64,000 nucleotides of DNA, taken from the NCBI GenBank assembly GCA_965217585.1, contig OZ244561.1, forward strand, positions 1,664,001 to 1,728,000, read 5' to 3'. The position numbers and the translations under genes are program-made. Within the stretch, counting starts at the first letter, position 1, and each line of letters opens with the position of its first letter. Source of the DNA: Candidatus Latescibacterota bacterium. Its GTDB lineage: Bacteria; Latescibacterota; UBA2968; UBA8231. Below the pieces are notes generated by a model. The model had not been told where the DNA came from and did not search any database. It saw nothing but the letters and a program-made list of their open reading frames with translations. Below are positions 1 to 15,446 of this stretch, in pieces.

Positions 1-51
1 CTCGGGCGACGAGGAAGTGCTGGGCAAAGCGCCGCCGCGGTCGGTGGGCAT
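1..51 (-). CDS. 5' fragment of a gene running off the window (MPTDRGGALPSTSSSPE...)
   Basis: ATG at 51-49 directly follows the holB stop and the frame stays open to the window edge; product cannot be determined. Confidence 0.35.
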   Translation of the reverse strand, partial: MPTDRGGALPSTSSSPE

Positions 52-1191
52 TTACCAACGCCGCACCCTCGCCAAGCTGGGGTCGGGTGGAGGCACCAGC
101 GCTGGCCCCCCACGGCGCAAGCCGCGCCACAGGTCGGTCAACACCAACTGCGGATTGGCATTGTGCTCCAAGGCCTCGGCCGCACGGTCGATCTCCAAGG
201 CGACTCGGGCAGCGTCTATCTTCTCCAGCAAGTTTTCCAAATAAGGACGCCGATCTACATGGACGACGGACGCGTCTCGGCCGTGCGCCAACAGGAAGAG
301 ATCCCGTAGATACAGGCCACAGACTTGCAAAAAACACTCTAGCTGGCCCCGATCGCCGCCCAACTCCTCGAGGACGCTCCAATAGACCTCGTCTCGCTGC
401 TCTGAGCCACCAGAGAGAAACGACTCAACCAACCGCCGCGTTCCGTCAAACGCCCCGGCAGCCACCTCTTTGGCCTGCTGCAACGAGCCAGCCCCCATGC
501 GCACGGCAAGCTCTAAGCACTCCCCGGCCACGCCCTCTTGTTCGAGCTGCGCCCGCAAGGTCGCCGCATCTAAGGGACTCAAAATCATGCGCTGGCAGCG
601 CGAGAGCACGGTGGGCAAGAGGCGCTCCGGTGCCGCCGAAACCAGCACAACGACGGCGCGGGCCGGTGGCTCTTCCAAGAGCTTGAGCAGCGAATTGGCA
701 CCCGCCGGATGCATCCGCTCAGCGGCGAAGATCAGGCCGACTTTGCGCGGAGATTCCCTCGGCGCAAACGCCAATTCTCTTTGCAACTGTCGCAGGTGCT
801 CAACCGCGATATTGGCGTTGCTGGGCAGAGCCGCGCTCGCGCTGCGGACGTACTCTACTACGGACTCGTGCAAGTCCGCCGGTGAAGGCTTCTGCTTGCC
901 TCGGCGAGGAGGTAGCGGCAAGGCGGTGTGGAGGTCGGGATGTATGAGCGAGGCGATCTTGCGGCAACTCGGACAGAGGTTGCAGGCGGAGGGGCCGCTG
1001 CCAAGGCACAGCAGGGCTTTCGCCCACGCGAGTGCAAAGCGCCGTTTGCCGGTTCCCTCGGCCCCGCAGATGAGAACCGCATGGGGGATGCGGCCCGATT
1101 CGAGCCAAGCTGCGGCCACGGCCCCAGCCCGATCTCGACGAGCCAGATCGCTAAACTCCCCGGAGTGCGGGGTGCCGCCCGTGCTGTACAA
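52..1191 (-). CDS. holB: DNA polymerase III delta' subunit
   Basis: GAEGTGK P-loop, Cys cluster (C..CNLCPSC), HPDLH, ANSLLKLLEEPP and LLPTVLSRC motifs. Confidence 0.9.
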   Translation of the reverse strand: MYSTGGTPHSGEFSDLARRDRAGAVAAAWLESGRIPHAVLICGAEGTGKRRFALAWAKALLCLGSGPSACNLCPSCRKIASLIHPDLHTALPLPPRRGKQKPSPADLHESVVEYVRSASAALPSNANIAVEHLRQLQRELAFAPRESPRKVGLIFAAERMHPAGANSLLKLLEEPPARAVVVLVSAAPERLLPTVLSRCQRMILSPLDAATLRAQLEQEGVAGECLELAVRMGAGSLQQAKEVAAGAFDGTRRLVESFLSGGSEQRDEVYWSVLEELGGDRGQLECFLQVCGLYLRDLFLLAHGRDASVVHVDRRPYLENLLEKIDAARVALEIDRAAEALEHNANPQLVLTDLWRGLRRGGPALVPPPDPSLARVRRW

Positions 1192-1199
1192 TCCAATCC

Positions 1200-2309
1200 T
1201 TATTTCTGCAACAGGCTATCTTGATTGTCCAGAGCAAAAAAGTGGGCTTTATCTATCTCGACGGCCAACCTTACCGTTTGGTCAACTTGCGGCATGTGTA
1301 GCGGATCGACGCGGGCGACGAAAGCGGTCTTGCCGGTGGTCAGGTTGAGGAAGACCTCGTTGCCCATCGGTTCGACCACTTCGACCTTGGCCGCAATTTC
1401 GACGGTCTCGACATTGCGGCCAATGGTATCCGGGTCGTGGATGTCTTCCGGGCGGATGCCCAGCGTCACCTCCTGACCCAAGTAGCTGCCTAGCTGCTCG
1501 CTGTGGCCGGCGGGCAGGGCGAGTTGCACATTGCCTTCGTCGAAGACTAGACCGCTGCCGTTGGAGGATAGCTTGCCGCGGATGAAGTTCATGGAGGGAC
1601 TGCCGATAAAGCCGGCGACGAACTGGTTGACGGGTTTGTTGTAGAGATGGAGAGGCTTGTCGATCTGCTGGATTAGGCCATCGCGCATGACCACGATGCG
1701 GTCTCCCATGGTCATGGCCTCGACTTGGTCGTGCGTCACGTACACCATGGTGGCCCCTAGGCGGGTGTGCAACTTGCTGATTTCGGTGCGCATCTGCACC
1801 CTCAGCTTGGCGTCGAGGTTGGAGAGCGGTTCGTCAAAGAGGAATACCTTGGGCTTGCGGACAATGGCGCGCCCCACCGCCACGCGCTGGCGCTGACCGC
1901 CCGAAAGCGCTTTGGGCTTGCGCTCTAGTAACTCTTGGATGCCGAGTATATCGGCCGCTTCTTGGACCCGCGCCTCAATCTCGTCTTTGGGATATTTCCG
2001 CAGCTTAAGCCCAAAGGCCATGTTTTGATAGACGCTCATGTGCGGGTAGAGCGCGTAATTCTGGAAGACCATGGCGATGTCGCGATCCTTGGGGGGCACG
2101 TCGTTGACGAGCACCCCATCTATCGAAATCTCGCCTGCGGTGATTTCCTCAAGCCCGGCAATCATCCGCAGCGTCGTGGACTTGCCGCAGCCCGAAGGGC
2201 CGACGAGCACCACAAATTCCTTGTCCTTGATCTCGATATCGGCGTCGTCCACCGCTACCACGTCTTTGTCGTACACCTTGCGGATATTCTTCAGAATTAC
2301 TTCAGCCAT
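1200..2309 (-). CDS. Stand-alone sugar ABC transporter ATP-binding subunit (MalK/UgpC/MsmX family)
   Basis: GPSGCGKS Walker [19 protein letters not shown] signature, [13 protein letters not shown]-terminal TOBE region; no permease adjacent. Confidence 0.92.
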   Translation of the reverse strand: MAEVILKNIRKVYDKDVVAVDDADIEIKDKEFVVLVGPSGCGKSTTLRMIAGLEEITAGEISIDGVLVNDVPPKDRDIAMVFQNYALYPHMSVYQNMAFGLKLRKYPKDEIEARVQEAADILGIQELLERKPKALSGGQRQRVAVGRAIVRKPKVFLFDEPLSNLDAKLRVQMRTEISKLHTRLGATMVYVTHDQVEAMTMGDRIVVMRDGLIQQIDKPLHLYNKPVNQFVAGFIGSPSMNFIRGKLSSNGSGLVFDEGNVQLALPAGHSEQLGSYLGQEVTLGIRPEDIHDPDTIGRNVETVEIAAKVEVVEPMGNEVFLNLTTGKTAFVARVDPLHMPQVDQTVRLAVEIDKAHFFALDNQDSLLQK

Positions 2310-2379
2310 CGCGTCCCTCTTCTACTGTTATGGGCTTTGGCGGTTATTGTCGGGAAAGAGCTAGAGTATAATAAATAAA

Positions 2380-2835
2380 TTACAAAATCTCTATGTTGCG
2401 CTCCATTAAAACGGCGTCGTCCGGAGGATCTCTGTAGTACGCCGCCCGCCGCCCTACGGTCTGGAACCCCGCCTTGCGGTAGAGCGCCCGCGCGGCTCGA
2501 TTTGCCGAGCGCACTTCGAGCGCACAACAACTAGCGCCCTGTTCTGCGGCCAAGCGCAATATCCGCCCCAACAACTGCCCAGCCCACCCCTGGTTCCGAC
2601 ATGCCGGATCTACTGCGAGATTGGCGAGTTGAAAATCGCGGCCGGCGAAATAACCCAGCGCGTAGCCGATCAGTTCGCCGCTGTGCAAAAGCCCCAAACA
2701 CAGGGCCTCTCTATCTGCAAGTAAGTAGCGAAAATCGGCCTCGCTCCACGGATTGGCGAAAGAGCCTCGCTCAATATCCATCAGGCGATGTAGGTGGATC
2801 GGCCCTAGCGGTACGAAGCGACTCTCGCCGCTCAT
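2380..2835 (-). CDS. rimI: Ribosomal protein S18 N-acetyltransferase (GNAT)
   Basis: NLAV...RNQGWA, LEVRSAN..A..LY...GF...GRR..YY motifs; adjacent to tsaB. Confidence 0.85.
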   Translation of the reverse strand: MSGESRFVPLGPIHLHRLMDIERGSFANPWSEADFRYLLADREALCLGLLHSGELIGYALGYFAGRDFQLANLAVDPACRNQGWAGQLLGRILRLAAEQGASCCALEVRSANRAARALYRKAGFQTVGRRAAYYRDPPDDAVLMERNIEIL

Positions 2836-3530
2836 GCCCGCGCTAGGGGACGGGCGTCGGGCGAGCGCAAATACTCGGGTTCCACTGAATCCAAGTCCTC
2901 AGTCTGGCCCTTCTCCAGCTTGGACAGCGCCAGCCAGCCAATGGTCCCGGCGTCGGGACGGGCGCAGGGCAGGGGTGCAAATTGCGCGGCCGAGTTGCCC
3001 GCCAACAGATCGCGATAAACCGAGGCCCCGTCTCCGGTGTAAATCGTCGCCGCGCTAGCCCGCTCTCGGACCAACTGCGCTGGTGCGATGGCCCGGGGCG
3101 GTGCCAATTCGACCGGAACGCCTGTCGCCGTGTCGTAGAGAGCGGCATAGACCTCGCGCTTGCGCGCATCAAGAACAGTACAAACGGGCAGGCGAGCAAA
3201 GGGCAGACGGGCAGCCAATGCCTCCAGCGTTGAAACGGCCACTAGATGCTTGACCGCGGCCAAACACAAGCCCTTAGCCGCGCTCAGCCCGATCCGCAGG
3301 CCAGTAAACGACCCCGGCCCAATCGCGACGGCTACGGCCTGTACTTCCTCGACGCCCACATCTGCTGCCGCTAGTGCTGCCTCCATCTCGCCAAAAAGTC
3401 GCTGTGAATGCTGCAATCCCACATCGAAATATCGGCTGACGACGATCCCTTCTGCCGTGCAGAGCGCCACGCTGCCGACCGGGGTAGCCGTGTCCAACGC
3501 CAGAATCACGTCGCGGCCGGGCGCGCTCAT
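2832..3530 (-). CDS. tsaB: tRNA t6A37 biosynthesis protein TsaB
   Basis: ILALDTAT, GPGSFTGLRIG, DARKREVY, EPEYLR; start moved to ATG 3530, which overlaps the ruvB stop. Confidence 0.9.
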   Translation of the reverse strand: MSAPGRDVILALDTATPVGSVALCTAEGIVVSRYFDVGLQHSQRLFGEMEAALAAADVGVEEVQAVAVAIGPGSFTGLRIGLSAAKGLCLAAVKHLVAVSTLEALAARLPFARLPVCTVLDARKREVYAALYDTATGVPVELAPPRAIAPAQLVRERASAATIYTGDGASVYRDLLAGNSAAQFAPLPCARPDAGTIGWLALSKLEKGQTEDLDSVEPEYLRSPDARPLARA

Positions 3531-4552
3531 AAAAGCTCCAATTGCTCGCCGGGGCCGGGCGGCGGCTCGAGGCCGAGACGATCCCAAGCCCGCGGCATGG
3601 CCACGCGACCTTTGGGGGTGCGCTTGATAAACCCTTCCTTGATCAAATAAGGCTCGACCACTTCCTCGAGGGTCTCGGCTTCCTCGCCGATTATGGCCGC
3701 CAGATTGCTCACGCCGACCGGGCCGCCGTTGAATTTTTCAATAATGGCCCGCAGCAACGCGATATCCATCTCGTCGAGCCCCATCTCGTCGACGCTGTGG
3801 ATGACAAGCGCCTTTTGCACTACTTCGGCATGGATCTCGCCTTCGCCTTCCACTTGGGCAAAATCGCGCGCGCGGCGCAGCCAGCGCTTGGCAATCCGCG
3901 CCGTGCCGCGGGAACGACGGGCAACTTCCATCGCGCCCGATTCTGAGACCGATAAATTCAGCAGGCGAGCGTCGCGCTTGACGATCTCGGCTAGTTCGGC
4001 GACCGAGTAGTAGTCGAGGTGGGCATTGAGCCCAAAGCGCGCGCGCATCGGCGAGGTCAACAGACCCTGACGCGTCGTGGCCCCGACTAAGGTAAAAGGC
4101 TCTAACGCTACGCTGATCGAGCGGGCCGCCGGGCCTTGGTCGATGATGATGTCAATTTTGAAGTCTTCCATCGCCGAGTACAGGTATTCCTCGACCACGC
4201 GGTTGACGCGGTGAATCTCGTCGATGAAGAGCACGTCGCGTGGCTCCATGGTCGTGAGCATGCCAGCCAAGTCGTGCGGACGCTCGAGCAAAGGCCCTGA
4301 CGTGGGATAGATTTCAACGCCTAGCTCTTTGGCGATCACATACGCAAGCGTCGTCTTGCCCAGACCGGGCGGACCGTACAGCAGCACGTGATCCATGGCC
4401 TCGCCGCGCTGCCGAGCAGCTTCAATGGCAATGCCTAGCTGCTGCTTGGTCTTCTCCTGGCCCAGCATCTCGGCCAGGGACTGAGGACGCAGCGTATTGT
4501 CGAAGGGAAGGTCGTCGTCTGCGCTACTAGGATCTATTGGTCGATGGTCCAT
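3527..4552 (-). CDS. ruvB: Holliday junction branch migration helicase RuvB
   Basis: LRPQSL, GPPGLGKTT, FIDEIHR, FTLVGATT, EPYLI..GFIKRTPKGR. Confidence 0.97.
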   Translation of the reverse strand: MDHRPIDPSSADDDLPFDNTLRPQSLAEMLGQEKTKQQLGIAIEAARQRGEAMDHVLLYGPPGLGKTTLAYVIAKELGVEIYPTSGPLLERPHDLAGMLTTMEPRDVLFIDEIHRVNRVVEEYLYSAMEDFKIDIIIDQGPAARSISVALEPFTLVGATTRQGLLTSPMRARFGLNAHLDYYSVAELAEIVKRDARLLNLSVSESGAMEVARRSRGTARIAKRWLRRARDFAQVEGEGEIHAEVVQKALVIHSVDEMGLDEMDIALLRAIIEKFNGGPVGVSNLAAIIGEEAETLEEVVEPYLIKEGFIKRTPKGRVAMPRAWDRLGLEPPPGPGEQLELL

Positions 4553-4562
4553 AGCCGGGCCT

Positions 4563-5153
4563 TCAGCGCTCCTTGAGGGCCAGTTTGATTAGCTGTTGCA
4601 CACTCAGGTCGGTGCCGTGCTTTTCGACGGCCTTGCGCACCGCCTGACGAGCGGCAGGTGCTGCGTAGCCCAATGTCATCAGTGCCTTTGCCGCCTCCTC
4701 GCTCGCGCCAGCTTTGGCCGGCGAGGCCGCCTCGCCGGCCACCGGGGCACTCAAACGGACCTTGTCCTTTAGATCGAGCACCAAGCGTTCCGCGGTCTTG
4801 CGACCAATGCCCTTGATCGCCGTCAGTTCGTTTACGCGCTCCTGTAAGATGGCCTCCTGCAAGTCGCGCAGGGTCATACCCGACAGCACGGTCAGCGCCG
4901 AATGAGGGCCGATGCCCGAAACGCCGATCAGCAACTCAAAGACCTCCCGCTCTTCCTCATCGGCAAAGCCGAAAAGCTCCATGCGATCTTCGCGCACGTA
5001 GAGATAGGTAGATAAATGGACCGCCTCGGAGGCTGGGGGTAGTTGGTCGAAAGTTATCAGGGATATGGCCAAGCCATAACCCACGCCTCCGACGTCGACG
5101 ACGGCATGGGTAGGTGATTTGGACAGGAGTGTTCCGCGCAGGTGTGTTATCAC
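4563..5153 (-). CDS. ruvA: Holliday junction DNA-binding protein RuvA
   Basis: VITHLRG, VGGVGY, VREDRMELFGF, GVSGIGP, IKGIGRKTAER; likely GTG start at 5153. Confidence 0.93.
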   Translation of the reverse strand: MITHLRGTLLSKSPTHAVVDVGGVGYGLAISLITFDQLPPASEAVHLSTYLYVREDRMELFGFADEEEREVFELLIGVSGIGPHSALTVLSGMTLRDLQEAILQERVNELTAIKGIGRKTAERLVLDLKDKVRLSAPVAGEAASPAKAGASEEAAKALMTLGYAAPAARQAVRKAVEKHGTDLSVQQLIKLALKER

Positions 5154-5161
5154 GGATATAC

Positions 5162-5701
5162 CTAACGCCGGACCACGCGGCTCAACAAGGCTTCTATCTC
5201 GGGCTTGCGCTGACCTCGGCCCTCGCATACAACCCGGCCGGCCTGCTGGGTGTGGCATAGCGCAATGGCTAAGGCGTCTGATGCATCGAGGGGCTTGGGC
5301 CGTTCCTTCAGACCCAGACTGCGGGCCACCATGAACTGGACCTGTTGCTTGGTCGCTTGGCCATTCCCGGTCACCGACTTTTTAACCCTCGTCGGCGCAT
5401 AGTGAGCAATGGGCAAGCCGGCTTTGCGCATGGCGATGATCAGCACACCTCTCGCTTGGCCTAGCTTGGCCGCCGCTGTGGCGTCCTTGCCGAAGAACGT
5501 GGTTTCGATCGCGCCCTCGTCTGGGGCGTATTCGCCGATGAGCCGCGTCATCTCGTCGAACATGTAAACCAGCCGATCCTCAAACTCACTTTCCTTCGGA
5601 CGGATGCAGCCGCAGGTAATATAGCGAGCCTTGCGCTTGCTATATTCGACGAAGCCATAGCCAGTGCTCGTGCTGCTAGGATCTACTCCGAGAACAAGCA
5701 A
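5162..5701 (-). CDS. ruvC: Crossover junction endodeoxyribonuclease RuvC
   Basis: LGVDPS..TGYG, LGQARG, VKKSVTGNGQATKQQV, DASDALAIA. Confidence 0.95.
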   Translation of the reverse strand: MLVLGVDPSSTSTGYGFVEYSKRKARYITCGCIRPKESEFEDRLVYMFDEMTRLIGEYAPDEGAIETTFFGKDATAAAKLGQARGVLIIAMRKAGLPIAHYAPTRVKKSVTGNGQATKQQVQFMVARSLGLKERPKPLDASDALAIALCHTQQAGRVVCEGRGQRKPEIEALLSRVVRR

Positions 5702-5713
5702 AGCGAGGACTCA

Positions 5714-6472
5714 CTAAGCCTGAGCCATAAGTTTTTCGAGCTCGTCTTCTCGGAGATCGAAATTGGAAAAGACCTTCTGTACGTCGTCTAAATCCTCCAA
5801 TGCCTCAAGAAGGCGGATGATTTTCTCGGCCTCTTCGCCTTGTACTTCGAGCACATTTTCGCTTTTGGGCATCCAAGCCAACGTCGCCTGGGCGAAGGCA
5901 ATGCCGTTGTCCTCCAGTGCCTTTTTAACTGGCTCCAAGTCGGCAACCGGGGTCATTACTTCGTGGACTTGGTCGCCATCCTGGATATCCTCGCCCCCCG
6001 CATCTACGACCGCCAACAGGAGGTCGTCTTCGGAAGCATTGGCCTTGTCTACTTCGATAACGCCCTTGTGTTCAAACATCCAAGCTACCGCCCCACTCTC
6101 TGCGAGGTTGCCGTTGTACTTAGTGAATACATGGCGAATTTCGGAAACCGTGCGGTTGCGGTTGTCCGATAGGGTTTCGACTATGATGGCCACCCCACCC
6201 GGTCCATAGCCTTCAAAGAGGCCCTCCTCGTATACCGCCCCCGGCTCGTCGCCGGTGCCGCGGCGTATGGCGCGCTCAATTGTTGCCGCGGGCATATTGG
6301 CCGCTCTGGCATTCTGGACTGCCGTGCGCAGATTCGGGTTGATTTCCTCATCACCTCCGCTACGGGCGGCCACTGAAAGCTCGCGAATTAACTTCGTAAA
6401 TATCTTGCCGCGCTTGGCGTCGTTAGCACCTTTTTTGCGCTTGATCGTACTCCATTTGGAGTGGCCGGACAT
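5714..6472 (-). CDS. yebC: YebC/PmpR family protein
   Basis: MSGHSKWSTIKRKK start after SD AAGGAG, EGYGPGG, DNRNRT, DDVQKVFSN; canonical yebC-ruvCAB order. Confidence 0.95.
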   Translation of the reverse strand: MSGHSKWSTIKRKKGANDAKRGKIFTKLIRELSVAARSGGDEEINPNLRTAVQNARAANMPAATIERAIRRGTGDEPGAVYEEGLFEGYGPGGVAIIVETLSDNRNRTVSEIRHVFTKYNGNLAESGAVAWMFEHKGVIEVDKANASEDDLLLAVVDAGGEDIQDGDQVHEVMTPVADLEPVKKALEDNGIAFAQATLAWMPKSENVLEVQGEEAEKIIRLLEALEDLDDVQKVFSNFDLREDELEKLMAQA

Positions 6473-6652
6473 CGGCTTTATCTCCTTGCTAATCCCCACA
6501 CTCACTTCCTCTGTCAAAACAGAAGCACTGCTGGGGAAAAATCGGCTGTTTTCTATGACAATATTAAGATAAAAAAACCCACGCAATCCAAAAAGCAAAG
6601 GGCCGCCGACCACTTGGCCGACCGCCCTTCACAACGAGTAAAAGCAAGCTTC

Positions 6653-8722
6653 TTACGCCGCTTCTCTTCCCTTGTTCTTCTGCGAATCCTCGATGATTTT
6701 AGCCATGATATCTCCGGGTACGTCCTCGTAGCGGTCGAATCTCTGCGCGTGGAATCCCTTGCCCTGCGTCATTGAGCGCAGCAACGTGGCGTAACGGTCT
6801 ATTTCCGCTAAGGGGGCCTCGGCGTGGATGACCTGGAAATGGCCAGCTGTGTCCATACCGCTGATCCGACCCCGCCGCGACGAGAGATCGCCCATTACGT
6901 CGCCCATAAACTCCTCGGGCACCGTAATCTCCAGATGGTAGATAGGTTCTAGCAGGATCGGTTTGGCTTTGAGGAAGGCACCCCTAAAGGCGTGAGAACT
7001 GGCCAACTTAAAAGAAACCTCGTCTGAGTCTACCGGGTGGTGCTTACCGTCGTACACGGTGACAGCCACATCAATGACTTGGTAACCGGCCACGGGCCCT
7101 TGGCTCAGAGACTCGACGATGCCCTTTTCCACCGCAGGGATGAAGTTGCTCGGGATATTGCCGCCGACGACCTCATTGAGAAACTCAAAACCTTCACCGC
7201 GCCCCTTGGGAGCAATGCGCAGAAACACTTCGCCAAACTGCCCCCGTCCGCCCGACTGTTTCTTGTGCCGGTATTGTGCCTCGGCGTTGCCGCGGGTCGT
7301 TTCTCGATAAGGAATCCTCGGCACCTCCATATCGATCTCCACGCTAAAGCGCTCCTTCAGGCGACTAAGGAGAGTTTCCAGATGCAACTCACCTTGGGCG
7401 AGGAGGATCGTTTGGCGGACCTCGCCGTCGTATTTCATGATGAAGCTTGGGTCTTCCTGGTGCAACTGGGAAAGTCCGGTGGCCATGCGCTCCTCGCCGC
7501 CCTGCTCCTTGGCGTGAATAGCCACGCGAATTAGCGGTTCGGGGAATTCAATGCCCGGAAGTTGTAGCAACTCGCCCTTGGCGCAAAGCGTATCGGTCGT
7601 ATGGGTGCCCTTGAGTTTGACTAAGGCGACGATATCGCCGGCCTCGGCACTTTCGACCTCGATCCGCCTGTTGCCGTTGAGGTGATAGATCTGACCAATG
7701 CGCTCGGTACTGCGGTTGCTTGAGTTGGCCACTTCGTCGCCGGGCTTGATCGCGCCAGAGAAGAGGCGCAGCAGAGAAAGCTCACCTACGTGCTGCTCGG
7801 CCAAGGTCTTGAACACCAAGGCAGCTAAGGGCGCGGTAGCGGTACCTTCAAGCTCAACTTCCTGTTCCTCGCCATCCTGGAATCTGAGTCCTGCAGCCTC
7901 GACCGGCGACGGCCCGTATTGCACCAAGGCGTCCAGCAGCCGATCGATGCCGACATTGTTGTAGGCATCTCCGAAAAAGACCGGAAAAATTTCGAGCCGT
8001 AACATAGCCTGGCGCAAACCAGCAACTATATCCTCTGTGGTCAATTCGCCCTCGCTGAAATACTTCTCCATCAGTTCCTCATCGGTCTCGGCGATGGATT
8101 CTACTAGCTGCTCGCGCAACTCTTCGGCGCGGCTCTGGACCTCCTCAGGTACTTCTCCTTCAGTGGCCTTACCATCTTGGTACGCATAGGCTCTCATGGC
8201 AACCAAATCGACAATATGGTTGAATCCCTCACCGGGGTTTACCGCCATTTGCAAAGGCACGACTTGGCGCCCGAAGCGCCCTTGAACCATTTCTAAGACT
8301 TGATCGGCGTCGGCATCGGCGCGATCCATCTTGTTGATGAATAGCACCCGGGACAAATTGTAATCGGCAGCGAAATTCCAAGTCCGCTCGGTGCCGATCT
8401 CTACTCCGGTAACCGAATCGACGACAGCGACTGCCGCGTCGGACACTCGCAGCGCCGCCTTGGCCTCGGAGATAAAGTCTGCATAGCCCGGCGTATCCAT
8501 TAGGTTGAGGTGATGATCCTGCCACTGGCCATTTAGCAAAGAGACCTTGAGCGAAATCTGGCGCTCAATCTCGGCCGAATCGCAATCTGATGTCGTCGTC
8601 CCGTCATCAATGCGTCCCAAGCGGTTTACGACGCCCATGTTGAATAACATGGCCTCCGACAGCGCTGTTTTACCCGCGCCGCTATGGCCACACAGAGAAA
8701 AATTCCTCGTTTGTTCGCTCAA
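6653..8722 (-). CDS. fusA: Elongation factor G paralog (EF-G2-like)
   Basis: Five-domain EF-G layout, GHSGAGKT, DTPG, NKMD, KKQSGGRGQFG, HPVDS; switch I reads RQISL instead of RGITI; TTG start after SD AGGAGG. Confidence 0.9.
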   Translation of the reverse strand: MSEQTRNFSLCGHSGAGKTALSEAMLFNMGVVNRLGRIDDGTTTSDCDSAEIERQISLKVSLLNGQWQDHHLNLMDTPGYADFISEAKAALRVSDAAVAVVDSVTGVEIGTERTWNFAADYNLSRVLFINKMDRADADADQVLEMVQGRFGRQVVPLQMAVNPGEGFNHIVDLVAMRAYAYQDGKATEGEVPEEVQSRAEELREQLVESIAETDEELMEKYFSEGELTTEDIVAGLRQAMLRLEIFPVFFGDAYNNVGIDRLLDALVQYGPSPVEAAGLRFQDGEEQEVELEGTATAPLAALVFKTLAEQHVGELSLLRLFSGAIKPGDEVANSSNRSTERIGQIYHLNGNRRIEVESAEAGDIVALVKLKGTHTTDTLCAKGELLQLPGIEFPEPLIRVAIHAKEQGGEERMATGLSQLHQEDPSFIMKYDGEVRQTILLAQGELHLETLLSRLKERFSVEIDMEVPRIPYRETTRGNAEAQYRHKKQSGGRGQFGEVFLRIAPKGRGEGFEFLNEVVGGNIPSNFIPAVEKGIVESLSQGPVAGYQVIDVAVTVYDGKHHPVDSDEVSFKLASSHAFRGAFLKAKPILLEPIYHLEITVPEEFMGDVMGDLSSRRGRISGMDTAGHFQVIHAEAPLAEIDRYATLLRSMTQGKGFHAQRFDRYEDVPGDIMAKIIEDSQKNKGREAA

Positions 8723-8798
8723 TTTGACCCCTCCTGAATTAAGAGGGTCTTAATTAATTGGCCCACATTGGCGTTGTCAAGGTATTTCCATAAGACAC

Positions 8799-8829
8799 AA
8801 AAAAGCCCACCCCCGAAGGGATGGGCTTA
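8799..8829 (-). terminator. Intrinsic terminator after 5S rRNA
   Basis: Minus strand AAGCCCATCCC-TTCG-GGGGTGGGCTT followed by a T run. Confidence 0.85.
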
Positions 8830-8835
8830 AAAAAA

Positions 8836-8951
8836 TCCGGCGGCGTCCTACTCTCCCACTAGGCGACCCCAGCAGTACCATCGGCGCAAGAGGGCTTAAC
8901 GGCTCTGTTCGGAATGGGAAGAGGTGTTTCCCCTCCGCTATGACCACCGGA
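8836..8951 (-). rRNA. rrf: 5S rRNA
   Basis: Conserved CCCATTCCGAAC, GCCGATGGTACT and GAGAGTAGG motifs; about 116 nt with paired ends. Confidence 0.95.
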
Positions 8952-9032
8952 AAACTCAAATTCTCTTCAACAATCGAATACAGGTCCACACCAAAAGCGA
9001 TGCAAAACTCCAGTATTGCTGCGACAATAAAT

Positions 9033-12055
<3,023 letters not shown>

Positions 12056-12198
12056 AAAATCACTGTCCCAACACTACTAGAGATTATGCATCACGGTGTC
12101 TCGAGCAGTAAACACATAACGCGCTTCCACTCGGTAAACCTTAGATTACTTAATTGGTGTGAACCTGTATTCGATTGTCAAAGAGCAAAAAGCCTGAA

Positions 12199-12275
<77 letters not shown>

Positions 12276-12364
12276 GAAAATCGAATAACGCACATGAGGA
12301 CAGGTCGAAGAGTAAAACATTGACCTAGGCGGATAATGTCAGAAGTCTAAACTCCCAATAATCC

Positions 12365-13928
<1,564 letters not shown>

Positions 13929-14040
13929 AAAGATCTGATGTACTACTTTTTGCAAATCCAAGCTCTTCGACGCTGGACCCTCATGTACGTTATTCGATTT
14001 TCAAAGATCAATACCGCTCAGGTATCGAGCGTAACATCGG

Positions 14041-14069
14041 AAAATAGTATACAACTCTTCCTCTGTCAA
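14041..14069 (-). promoter_or_regulatory. Probable sigma70 promoter of the rRNA operon
   Basis: TTGACA, 17-nt spacer, TATTTT on the minus strand upstream of the 16S leader. Confidence 0.55.
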
Positions 14070-14122
14070 GAGGGAAAACAAAATATCGGCGTCAAAGACA
14101 GAATCGATACAACGCTCCCATA

Positions 14123-15361
14123 TCAACCCCAGCTAGAGGCACCCTTCAATTCGCCCTGCCTTTCTAAGGCGATGCGCTCGAAGTAACCGCTACGACGATA
14201 GGCACCTAGGGGATCGGCTTCGGCCCCCAGTTCCTGGCGCACAGTCGCCAGCAAGGGCCGCACATCCGTGTCATAGGCATTGCGCAAGATTTCTTCGCAT
14301 GCCACTACGTCGTCCTCCGCCTGAGCCTCAGCTAGTGCCGTGCGGTCGACCAGCAATGCACGGGTATAGGCCGTCTGTATATTGAGCACTGACTGGATCA
14401 TCGCCTCGACTTTGGGCTTGATAATATGGCTTTGATCAATCATGTAGGCAATATTAGCCGCTGCGGCACCGCGCCGCTCAGCGTTGAGGATCTCGTGGTA
14501 AATCAGAAAAACCTCGTAGAGGTTGACCGATCCGGTCGTCACATCGTCATCGGCGTATTTGCGGTTGTTGAAGTGAAAACCACCCATCCGACCCTCGTCG
14601 AGGAGCAAGGCCACTAGGTGCTCAATATTGGTGGAGAGGGGATGGTGCCCTAGATCAACCAGCACTTCGGCCTTCGGCCCGGCCTTAATGGAGAAATTTA
14701 GCGCCATACCCCAGTCGGCAATGTCCGTATGGTAAAATGCCGGCTCGAAGAATTTGTATTCAATGAGCATCCGTGCCCCTTCGGGCAGCATTGCGTGAGT
14801 CTCACGCAGACATTCTTCAAATCGCCGCTTGCGTTCGATGATATCGTCTTGGCCCGGGTAGTTCGTACCGTCGGCAAACCAAAGGCTCAGTACTGTGGAC
14901 CCTGTCTGCTGCATGATGTCCACGCACTCGTGCATGTGCTCAAGCGCTTTGCGACGCACGGCCGGGTCCCGATGGCCGAAACTGCCCAATTTGTACTCAG
15001 GCTCTTGGAAGACATTGGGATTGATTGCCCCAATGCACACACCCAATTCCGTCGCTTCTTGCCCCAGAGCGTCGTAGTCATCCACTTTATCCCAAGGGAT
15101 GTGCAAAGCCACGCCGGGACAGACACCCGTCATCTTATGCACTTGGGCCGCGTCGGAAAGCCGCTCGTGGACGTCGCGGGCGGCACCGGGCTGTTTGAAA
15201 ACGCCAAAGCGCGTCCCAGAATTGCCATATCCCCAAGAGGGCGTCTCGATCTCTTGGGCTTTGAGCTTGGCTTTGACTTCTTCGACTTCGATCCCTTGGC
15301 CTGAGAGCATCTCGGCTAAAGCTGCGAATTGGGCCTCTATATTGTGCTCTGGAATTCCCAT
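14123..15361 (-). CDS. rhaI: L-rhamnose isomerase (RhaI type) / sugar isomerase
   Basis: [58 protein letters not shown]...YADDD. Confidence 0.88.
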   Translation of the reverse strand: MGIPEHNIEAQFAALAEMLSGQGIEVEEVKAKLKAQEIETPSWGYGNSGTRFGVFKQPGAARDVHERLSDAAQVHKMTGVCPGVALHIPWDKVDDYDALGQEATELGVCIGAINPNVFQEPEYKLGSFGHRDPAVRRKALEHMHECVDIMQQTGSTVLSLWFADGTNYPGQDDIIERKRRFEECLRETHAMLPEGARMLIEYKFFEPAFYHTDIADWGMALNFSIKAGPKAEVLVDLGHHPLSTNIEHLVALLLDEGRMGGFHFNNRKYADDDVTTGSVNLYEVFLIYHEILNAERRGAAAANIAYMIDQSHIIKPKVEAMIQSVLNIQTAYTRALLVDRTALAEAQAEDDVVACEEILRNAYDTDVRPLLATVRQELGAEADPLGAYRRSGYFERIALERQGELKGASSWG

Positions 15362-15446
15362 TCTGCCTCTCCTTTAATTATCGGGCCTAGTAGGTCAAAT
15401 CCGGCAAGTCGGGACGGAAATTAAGCTCAGCCGCTGCGACCCGCAC

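Noticed and set aside
6505-6517. 13-nt identity (TTGACAGAGGAAG) between the yebC upstream region and the rrn promoter
   Set aside because: No correctly spaced -10 at the yebC copy; plausibly chance.
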